From Zygnema circumcarinatum SAG 698-1b (taxonomy: Eukaryota; Plantae; Zygnematophyceae), in contig CM074804.1 in NCBI GenBank assembly GCA_037447605.1, forward strand, positions 5,929,909-5,993,908: a DNA stretch of 64,000 nucleotides, in the 5' to 3' direction. A program made the translations under genes and the position numbers. Shown here in pieces: positions 1 to 9,830 of the stretch (positions are counted from its first letter, which is position 1; every line of letters starts with the position of its first letter). The notes under the pieces are model-generated. The model saw only the letters and a program-made list of their open reading frames with translations, was not told the origin of the DNA and did not search any database.

Positions 1-101
1 CCTCGTGATGTAGAATAATCACGATTAATTAACGGCAAATTCCTCCACCACGTCATAAATATAGCTAAAGAAATCAGTGAGGAAAGGTGCATGGTACGTA
101 C

Positions 102-3100
102 AGAACAATTGATACATGGCTTTGTGCCTGGCAAATGATTTGCATTGACAGACATCAGGGCGGCATTGATAAACTCCATAAGCTCCCCATCCGAAACTGT
201 TGCTGGCATGTTCCCAACGTATAGTCGCCTTGCAGGTCTTGTAGCCTGGCTGAGAACGGGCGTATTGACTGCTGTGACTCCTGCCATTTGCGGCAACAGT
301 GAGGCCAACATGGGAGAAATAGACGGCATGCCTGCAGCAAGAGCACTTGCTAGCCCAGGAAGTGAAGTTGAAACTGCGCCAGGAGCTGAACTGGTTGCCG
401 GTAAGGACGACAGTGCAGATAATGAAGGGGTCATAGGAGATAAAGAAGCTGCTAGGTTTGGCATAGCCGCTGCTATTGAAGCTAACCCCGAGGTGCCACT
501 GCTTCCCAGGAGTGCTGATGCAACAGAAGCCCCTGACATACTCGGCATGGTGCTGGACACTGATGCGGCAATCGCGGCAGAAAGTTCTTGCAAGGAGGCA
601 GGAAGGACGTTTGTCAAAACAGGCTGCAATGAGCCTGACAGCACACTTGGTAATGAAGTAGTGAGCGAGTTGGGAAGGGACATGGATGACAATGGCGTGA
701 GAAGGGAAACTGCAGTCGTTGTACTCGAGGGAAGGCCCAGGGCTGCAAGACCAAAAGGAGACTGAGCTGCAGCAAGGGCTTGCTGCGCTTTGGCTGCAGC
801 CTGCTGAGCAGCTGTAGCCTGAGAAACTGCCTGTTGCGCCTGTACATACTGTTGCATAGCAGCTGCTACACTTGCGCTCATACCTGGTGGCCCTTGATCC
901 CAAGTTCTGACTTTTTTCTTTTCAGGCGACTTAGATTTTGACCTCCTATGAGGTGAGGGAGTACGCATTTCAGGACTTGTCCGGCGGCGTCTAGGTGAAT
1001 ACCCGCCTAACCCACTTCTTCCCCCACCAAACTTCCGATAACGACTATCTATGTCTGCCAACAGAGGCCTGCGGGGAGAACGGCTGCGACTCCGTGGTCG
1101 CTTGTGTGTCGGTGAACGTCTATCAGATTTTCTGCTAGAATCTTCTCTTGCAAGGCCCCTCCTTTCTGATGCGCGATCTTCCTTACTACGACGATCTTCA
1201 CGATTATTGGCATCCACCCGTCGATCACCAATCTTTGCTCTCTCGTCCCTATTATCTCGTCTTTCTCGACGATCGCGTGCCTCCCTTTCTGAGTGCCTGG
1301 TGTCATTTTCGCTTCCGTCCTTACCACTGGAGACTTTCTTACTTGCACTTTCCTCCCTCGTTTCCTGAGCACTCCCATCAGCTACTTGTTCTCCCTTTTT
1401 TTGGGAATCTTTCGAAACCTTCTCCACTGAAGACTTTGTTTCATTCATCTCAAAGTCGTGACTATCTTCAGGCCCAACACCAGTTTCGCCCTCACTTCTC
1501 TTGTTTTTTCCTGACTCTCTCTCACTTTCAAGGTGCTTCTCTGGATCATTACTCTTTCCTCTGACATTACCTTCTAACTGAAGTGCCGAGGAATGGTCAT
1601 TGGCTTCTGCATCGGGTTTGACTGTGTGATCCACAAGCATGCGACTGGTGTCTTCGGGCTTGTCCACTTGAACGTCATCCTTCACCCTTATTTGTCTGCT
1701 GTTTTCACTGACAGGCTCATCTCTGGCACGCTTGCTCCTTCTACCTTCCTCTTCCCTCCTTGCAGTTCGACCCTCTTTTCCATCTTTCTCAACTTTCTCT
1801 TTCACACCTTTAACATATTCTTTCCCGTGATCCCGGTAAAGGTCCTTGTCCTTGTTCCTGTCTCCCCTCTCTCGTCCCTTTTCTGAAGTTCTTTCTCGAT
1901 CCCTCCCGTCCCTTTCCACTTCCCCTCCCCGTTCTCTTCTCCCCTCCCGAGCTCGCTCTTTTTCCTTTTCTCTCTCCCATTCCCAAGCTCTCTCCCTTTC
2001 TTTTTCCTTCTCTCGTGCCCGCTCCCATGGCCTCTCTCTCTCCTGCCGTTCTCTATCCCTTTCAAATTCACGATCATACCGTTCGTTTTCCATCCTATCC
2101 CTTCCTGCACGCTCTCTTTCTCTCCCACCCCTTTCCCTGTCGACCATTTCCCAGCCTCTTTCCCTCTCCCACCCCCTGCTCTCTCCTCTTCTGCCCTCTC
2201 TCGACCTTTCTGCCCTTCCCTCTCTGCCTTGCGCTCCTGCATCGAGTCTGGACCCTCCCTCTCTCCCTCCCCTATCTTCATGTTCAGCGGCAGTAGATAA
2301 CTTTCGAGCAGCTGACCTCTCCGGTTGTCCAGTCTTCTCCGCCTTAGAAGCCCGTTCCACACCGTCACTATTATTCCCTCCTCTGTACTCCTTTTGCCCC
2401 TTATCCAATTTACCGTCTCTTCCCCGACCCGGATTCTCTCTTCCACCACCTCGAGTCACAGCATCGCTTATCTCGACCTTATCTCCTCCTTTCAAGCTTA
2501 GCTCCTCGTGTCCTGGAGCATATGAGCCCGATTGCCCTGAAGTTCGCTTGCTCCTCGTGCTTCCTCGTTCAGCTCTGCGTTCGCCCTTAGCTTCCTCTTT
2601 TAACCCTCCTTTACTCAGTTGAACGTCGGATGCTCCCATAAAGCGTGTCGCTTGGGTTTCTGCTGGTCCCGTCTTGGCAGGCTCTACTCCGATATCCTTC
2701 GTTCCCTTCTCAAAAACTTGACCAGCGATTCGTTCCCTAGTGTCGATATTTTGCTGCCTGTTTGTAAGCTGATAATTGTGAGCCTCATTTTTTTTGGCAG
2801 CAATTCCCATGTCAAGCGCAGGGCCGCTGGCTGACTCACTCTCGACACAGCCATGCAAAAGTGGAGAGTCTGCTGGGAGAGTACCAGCTTCACCTGGAGT
2901 TCGAGGTACCTCATTCACCTCTTCGTCGTCATCAAACTTATCATCCGCGTTACCCTCAGCATCCTCTGTATAGTCCTTTCCGCGATTCTCGTTATTTCCA
3001 AACTGTGCTTCCTGGCCATGCTCATCCTCCAAAGCCACCTTGTTTGCGCCTCTGAGCTTGTCCGTGTCGTCAACAGCAACACCTGTTGCATTTTCTGCAT

Positions 3101-3140
3101 CTTCAGATGGCGAATTTCCGAGTTCTTCAGGACCCTCCAT
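102..3140 (-). CDS. U2AF65: U2AF large-subunit-like splicing factor (long plant form): first coding exon of about 1013 codons with RE/RS-rich N-terminus and start of RRM1; gene continues off the left edge
   Basis: The minus frame from ATG at 3140 reads MEGPEELGN, then long RE/RD/RS repeats (RSRSRSPRR), then ATRPARRLYVGNMPATVSDGELMEFINAALMSVNANHLPGTKPCINCS, typical of U2AF65 RRM1. Donor TCT|GTACGT at 102/101. It is absent from the ORF track because the frame has no stop before the window edge. Confidence 0.85.
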
Positions 3141-3498
3141 TGCCTGGAACTGCGCTCCGACTTCCCTCCTCCTGACCAAAAGGAACGTGAAACAAGAAAC
3201 AAGCGGGGCAAGGGAAACAGGCCCTTCCTTCCCAAGCAATCATGCCAGTGCGCAGAATTCTCCCCCGCCTGCCCTGCTCCTCAAGCGCGGGCAGTTCACC
3301 CCTTCCCCCTGCTTCTCCCCCGCGCCCCCTCGCCTCACCTCGCCCCCGCGCCCGTTGTAGCGAGCCCCCCGTGGTTTGCAGGAGAGGGGTACGGTACCAC
3401 TCACCATAGCGTACGGACACCCGAAACAGAATGCAGGGGCCCTACAGTACTGTACTGTAGTATACCAGTGTACGGTCCGTACAGCGATGGCAAGTGCC

Positions 3499-4375
3499 CA
3501 GGCCTCAGGGGAGATCCCCTAAATATCGTAAATAGCTTATTTATGTAAGATTTTGAGATTAGTTTACGTGATTTCAACTTAAATACCACACAAGCCCCAA
3601 AAAAGCATTTTTTTGGTTAAAAACAAAATGGAAATGAATTGCATTTGCAACCACGATAGCAATGATGTATATGAACTTTACTTGTTGGTATAACAACACG
3701 GCTTTAAAAACTGGTGCAACCTCTTCGACTCTTATAGATTGGTAAATTTTACCAATCAATTAGAACAACTGTGCATTTGGCAATCACAACATATAGTTGC
3801 TTATTCAAAAACCCAATTGCACTGAAACTTTGTAGATCCAATCCTAAGCTCTCTATTTCCTTTTCCATCCATCATTAATTACTCCAAGTATCACTTTAGA
3901 ATCTATCATAGTCTTGAAATTTCCTCACAAAAACTCTATTCCAAATCATAACCTCTGAAATTCTAGGTGTAGTCACAAAAGAAAAACTGAAATAGGAACT
4001 AAAATTAGAAATGAAATGAAAAATGGTCTCACTCCCTTAGGAGTTTTAGCTGATCAAGACAGCTATAGAAGTGATGCAAACTACTCAAAGAGACCCTCGA
4101 AGAGCGGTCAAACTATCAAACTGTTTGCAGTGAAGAATGCCTTCCAATGAAAAGTCTGTCAACCTCTTTCGAAACTCGTCTTTCTCCCATCCAATTACTG
4201 AAAAATCAGACTCGACGGTAGCAGTGTTGGGAAATGATGAAGCAAGGTCTCCACAAAATTCTCGTCCGTACGTGCACGGTTTCGTCCGTACAGTCCATAT
4301 TTACGTGTTTTTACAAAACCAAGTTAGGGGACAGTCCCCTATCTTAAGCCGAAATCCCCTATTTGAAGAGGCCTG
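3499..4375. mobile_element. Non-autonomous hAT-superfamily DNA transposon (MITE-like, 877 bp)
   Basis: TIRs CAGGCCTC (3499-3506) and GAGGCCTG (4368-4375). Perfect 8-bp TSD CAAGTGCC (3491-3498 and 4376-4383). Subterminal AGGGGA..TCCCCT palindromes at both ends. AT-rich interior against GC-rich flanks; no transposase ORF. Confidence 0.8.
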
Positions 4376-4521
4376 CAAGTGCCGGCCTGCCCGCCTGCCG
4401 GGACTCGGGAGGGATTGCGATTGACTGTCCGTCCCAGGGCGGATGCGAGGGAAAGCCGGCGGGGGACATGGCCATGGGGCACATGATGACTGTGGTATGT
4501 ATGGTACATGCAGCAGTGCGA

Positions 4522-4620
4522 GGGATGTAGCATATATCTCACGATGGCGATGATGCCATCGGATGTACATGGACAAAATCAGCATGGGGAATCACGAGGA
4601 ACTGGTCGCAAAGGACCTAA
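4522..4620 (+). repeat. Dispersed short repeat family A, copy 1
   Basis: GGGATGTAGCATATATCTCACGATGGCGATGATGCCATCGGATGTACATGGACAAAATCAGCATGGGGAATCACGAGGAACTGGTCGCAAAGGACCTAA aligns with the copies at 50079, 58067 and 63561. Confidence 0.85.
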
Positions 4621-4925
4621 GGACAAAAGAAGAAAGGAGCATCAGTGCAACACATGACTGCCATGAGACATGGCATGGCATGGGCCACATGGCATGGTGC
4701 CCCAAAGGCCTATGGCAAAGCATTCGATGGTCGGCTTGTTCGGCTTCAGGTCCGTTTCCATTCATTCCGCACGCTCAATCTTGAGCTGGAAGCAAGGAAC
4801 GCGGTGTGTGATAGTGAAGTGTAGGTGGAGTAGATGTAATGAAACCGCGACAATGACCGGAACACTAGAATGTAACTGTACTTAACTTTACGCGGTACCG
4901 TAGTGCACATGCAAAATGCCCTAGA

Positions 4926-4945
4926 TGAGATCAATGCCACATCTC
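4926..4945 (-). repeat. Repeat family A, terminal fragment in inverted orientation
   Basis: Reverse complement is GAGATGTGGCATTGATCTCA, matching the shared end of the other copies. Confidence 0.6.
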
Positions 4946-5983
4946 CCCCCTTTCCTTGGGAACCCATTGGGCGCATAAAAATGTTCCAAACGGGTCCTGT
5001 GTAGCATCCAGGCGCTTGTACGCAAGCTTCGCTTGACCGCATCCATCCGCTCTGCAGTGCTGCTGCCCACTCTTCAAAGCTACAGGAAGGCGGAGTAAGG
5101 AGCAAAGGAAAACAAAAGATTCAAAATAGCTTTTTTTTTTAATTTTAAAACTGCGCAAGTAGGAATCAGAAGTGAAACCAGAATCAAGTTTTGGTCTCGT
5201 CGGATACCCTTCCTCCAAAGTCGAGTCCTTTGGCTGTAGGTTTGAAGGGAAGGCTTGTAGGAGAGAGCGGGCGGGAGAGGGAGAGTGACGAATGAGGGAG
5301 AATGTCGAATAGGGGCAAGGTTCTGGAAAGAGATTGGGAGGGGGGAGAGAGAGGAGTCGTCCCAAGAATGTTTCGCTTGGTAACTTGCGATGAAAGGGGT
5401 AAATTCTTACGGACCCTGACGCAGTTGCGGTTCTGAAAAGGGTGAAAGGACCGCTGGCAGTGGTCAGCGTTTGCAGTCGAGTTCGGCAAGGATTCTTTTT
5501 TTCAATCAGGTTAGAAATTAAAAAGAGATCAGATAAGTGATGTTCTCACTTATGGCCACATCAGATGCTTGTGGAGAATTGCTTATGGGGTAAGTATTTG
5601 TTTGCGGCATATACAATCACCCTCTCCCTCGCCCTCCCTCTCACTCTCCCTCATCCTCTCCCACTGATACAATTATTCACACCCAATCTGAAGGTAAATA
5701 TGCTATCCAATTATTGGCAAATAAAGTCGATCCGTTCACGTGACTGCCCAAGAGACTGGATTGAAAGAATTCCTATCCCGGGAATAGTTACATATCACGG
5801 AAAAAGGTACAGCACATCTTTACCTTTACCTGACACAACAGCAGACGCGCTAGCCAATCGTTGTCAACTATAGCTATGGACATTATTTTTCTGATTTAGT
5901 TATTGAGCCAAAGGGCCATCCGGCGAACCTGCACTCGAGTTTGAGTAGGGAGTAGCTTCCAACCGCCTGTTCCTTATAAGCCT

Positions 5984-8900
5984 TCAATCCACATAGTCCA
6001 ACTCTTGTGTGATCCCGACCTGCAATATACACTTACAAATGCAACTTTTTGTCATTTCCAAGGATAAGTCTAGATTTTTAATACGGTTTACCACTGAACG
6101 AATTCCGCCTTTGACGTAAAGGCCAGCAATATGGAGATTCACTAAAAAATAATGTAATCTCTCTCCTGGTTTGCTGTATTTGAGAGTTGCTATAGGATTA
6201 CATAGGACAACACTTATTTGGCTAAAAATTGGCATACGAAGCTAACCTCTTTGTATAAGTTGACAAGGTCGTTTTTTGCATCTGGATAAGTCTTGTTGCA
6301 CCAATGCTGGAGAGCAAAGATGTTATCTGCCACGCAGTGTCAAAGGAAATGCAGCGTCAAAGGGAATGCGAAACAACTTAAGACCACTGCCAGTGACTGG
6401 TCCTCAATCCAGGAATTGCAGGTGAATCGCAGTCAGCAGCATATACTGGCAGCGTGGCTTGACATGGAATACACATCGAATGAACAGCCAAACTGACGAC
6501 CTTCCGATTGGCGGTGTTGAAGTACTTCATAAAACATTCGGAGAGACGTTTCTTCCAGATAGGAGGTTGTAACATCCCACGGCCAAGCTGCCAGGCGAAT
6601 GTGTGGCTTTTATGTTTGGAATCACCTGTCCAGCGGTTGATTGCATCCTGCGCAACTTTTGCTGCCTTTCCTGCAAACGAAACCCCCTTCCCAGTGCTCA
6701 TCTTAGTTTTCCGTACAAGCTTGTAATGAAATCCAATGACGCGAACACAAATGGTCAACGCTGCACGAACACATCAATGACGATTTGACAGCACGGCACT
6801 AATCACTTGAAGATTACATCGGCGAATAAATCACGAGAGCTACGAGCATGTTGTGCTCACGTTTTGTCTCCAGAACTTCAGGATCATTATCAGCATAATG
6901 CTCTAGCTCCTTCTGCAAAATTCAAACAAAATATGTCTGACTGTCAGCCCTCCAAAATTGAGCAATTAATGGTAGGTTCACTGTAGTGTTCTGTACTCCT
7001 TCATTCAAATAGATCCTCGCTAGACAGCTTGACTTGAACATTGAAACAAGAAATGTTACCTTCAGATTCTTGTCTGTTTCTTCGAGCGACTTCAAGAGAG
7101 TTAATCGAGCTTCACGGTCAGCCTGCAAAAAAAAAATTGAAGAACGCATATATTAGCAAGTTTCAATAAGTGGTCTTCATTCCATTTCATTCGCACGTAT
7201 TGAAACCGAGCGGCTCAACCACGTGTAAGGAGAATGCTCCACAAGGAGACGTACTCCAAAATATCCATCAATTCTAAACGTTCAACTCCCCAAAAGTTTG
7301 TTTCTTCGCTTAACGACTTACCGAATCGGTCCTTTCGCGCTTCAAGGTGTCCAGCCGTACTGTGAGCTCTTCATGACGTCGTTTAGCTGCGGCTCCCTCA
7401 GCCTCAAGCTTTTGTCTGGCCTGACGCAGCTGCAAGACTATCGCCAAACCCACCGTGAGTCGAACTGAGCATCTAGCATTAGTGAATCAAAGAAAAGTCG
7501 CATCCACGATTAAAATTCTCTTTGATGTTCAAAACCTGATCAATAAATGTCTCAATCACTCGAAATTTGCTAACAGAAATAGAAACTATAGCACCAACGC
7601 ATTCATTAACAGAATGTCGTTTTGAAAACCATATAAGCTAGTTATTCCAGTCGGTGGACCAAGAAGTACAGGCAAATATACTGCCTTTGTGAAGGTGCTT
7701 GGGATTCATACCCGATTTCCAGCCTGACTGGGAAGGGCCCAAAAGTACACAGAAGTGCCAATCTTGTCTTTGCAGACAAGGTCGTCGTCCACAAGGCTTT
7801 GCACAACATCTTTGACGCTCTGGCTGATTACTCCCTTGGATGGTCCTTTCTTCTCCAATTCTTTAAGCTGGAACAAAGACGTGAGAGTACATTTCATTTA
7901 TCAGTCTTCATATTTGGAATTGGCTGAATCCGGCTGGTTATAAACAAAGAAACGAATTCAATTGAATCTAGAAACCACCATTGTTTGCTTCGCAGGGACA
8001 CATTATTGCATCAATGCTGCAAAAGTAACAATGGCCGACAAGCAATAAACTCCAAGAGTCGAAGGTAGCGTTGTTTTCTCCTTGTAAATGTGGTTTTTTC
8101 TCTAGCGAAGGCAGCGAAAGCTACAGTTCAAAAAATTGATTGATTATTAACTATCGTCACGCCTGCTATAACAGATAGATCACAGGTCGAATGGAGATAT
8201 GCTCACCAAAAAAAAATCTTGGGATTCATAGAAGATCTCCAGCATTTTTTCTCTCTTATCGTCAAGTGACAAGCCCCTTTTCTTCGACTGCAACCACAGA
8301 CATGCTCGTCTTATTCTGAAATATACCTAAAACCGTAGATTTTATCTGAAATGCAGTGCAGTTCAGCGGAATTCGAGCACACTCAAACATGAAGTATGTA
8401 CTTTAACATTAGAACCAAACGTGGCTCTCGTTCAAATGAAGAAAACTCAACCAAGGCTTGCACATGCCTACAAGACAGCAGGTCGTAAACCCCGACATTT
8501 CTGATATGAGTCTGCCCTATGATTCTAATAAATCAGTCATGGATTCATAGGCTATTGAAAAATCGCTTCTAAAGGCTGCCTTGGATTTACGCTCGAATGA
8601 GATGAATACGAGAAGTTACACTGATGGTTTAGTGAAGTCTGGATCGTGTTTGACATAATCATTACATAGCTTGTTTCTCTGCCTTCCTGTCAGTAAACTT
8701 TCTCATTGCTACAAAAACGGAGATCAGACATTATGTTTGTCTCTACATAAAACTTGACCCGTGTGATATCGTAGACTGCAAAGGACTGCTGTTTGAATGT
8801 GGATTTCTGCAGAGGCCTGTGGTGAATATCCAGATAAGAAGCAGGGAGTAGCAAGCGAAAAACATTTCTGCATCGCAAAGAATGTCAAGTTGAGTGGAAC

Positions 8901-9075
8901 ATGCACTTACCTCAGCAACGAGCTAGTTAAACTTACTATCAGAGCCCCGCAAACATCGAGGCGTCAAACAGTATATCAAATATGAAGGGGACACCCACGC
9001 TGCGTGGCTAAGCAAAATTCAGCTGACTGGAAACAAATAAGCACTTAACGCTCTGCGTGAACAAACACTCACCAT
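5984..9075 (-). CDS. MND1: Meiotic nuclear division protein 1 (HOP2-MND1 complex), 9 exons, 207 aa
   Basis: Exons 9075-9073 (ATG only), 8287-8207, 7867-7712, 7429-7322, 7122-7060, 6912-6861, 6670-6626, 6326-6247 and 6019-5984, all GT-AG and in frame. Protein: [17 protein letters not shown]...[31 protein letters not shown]...[13 protein letters not shown]...[10 protein letters not shown]. Confidence 0.95.
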
Positions 9076-9336
9076 GCCTTTCGCCCCACTCATCGCCTTG
9101 CTCACAGCGCCCTTCCCACCGCGCCGGCGTCGTTGCAAGGTCTAGCCACGCCCGCCCGCCCGCCCCTCCCTAGTCCCTGGCCCACCCCGGCCGGCCAGTG
9201 GCGGGAAGTGGCGCCGCCTCAACTTCAAACTTGCTTTTTTTCCTTTTCGACCAACTCGAGGAGGGTTGGCCCTGCAATCCCCAACTGTACGCTGCCACGA
9301 ATTTTTCTACGCCTCGTGCCGCCGATTTTACGCTCG

Positions 9337-9465
9337 CATGCCATGCCATGCCATGCAATGCCATGCTATGCCATGCCATGCCATGCAATGCCATGCTATG
9401 CTATGCCATGCCATGCCATGCCATGCCATGCCATGCCATGCCATGCCATGCCATGCCATGCCATG
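9337..9465 (+). repeat. (CATGC)n pentanucleotide microsatellite, about 26 units
   Basis: Directly visible CCATG array with a few CAATG/CTATG variants, lying between the divergent MND1 and RLK starts. Confidence 0.95.
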
Positions 9466-9830
9466 AGCTCCGGCCGACGTTGGAGGGTCCGCAGGCTGCC
9501 TAGGCCTGACCGGTGCCCCTCGCGCTGCCTCTGTTTGTCCGGCGGAGGGGGGGGGGGGGCGATGACAGGAGCTGTCAGCCCTACCGGCGCTGTGACGGCT
9601 CGCGGGGCACTGCAGTTTCGACCCTTCGGCAGACCAATTATCGAGGCGGTTCTCGTTTTTGGGCGATCGACAATTTCAAGTGTGCTGCTGCAAATGAGGA
9701 AAGAAAGGAGTTATGGAGCAAGAAAGCTGTTTTCCGATGGGATGCACTCTAGCAAGGTACATTTTGCCACACTGAAAATGTACATGGATAGGAAAGCGTG
9801 GGTTACCAGCTAAAGGTTCGCAGTTTGAGG

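Noticed and set aside
25-3548. Long ORFs 25-903, 145-765, 1051-1368, 1802-2449, 1846-2622 and 2853-3548
   Set aside because: Antisense or off-frame shadows of the purine-rich U2AF65-like exon.
4522-4535. GGGATGTAGC resembling the start of tRNA-Ala
   Set aside because: No cloverleaf and no B-box (GTTCGA); not callable as a tRNA or tRNA-derived SINE.
4950-5365. Possible minus-strand transcript with a CT-rich leader and splice-like sites
   Set aside because: No frame gives a recognisable protein and no consistent exon chain could be built; it may be a UTR or noise.
9737-9775. MGCTLA start suggesting a myristoylated RLCK N-terminus
   Set aside because: Its phase is incompatible with the next exon. 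The ATG at 9831 gives a signal peptide in the correct phase, so this is at most a short uORF.
9133-9813. ORFs rich in CHAMP/MPCHA repeats
   Set aside because: Artefacts of the (CATGC)n microsatellite.
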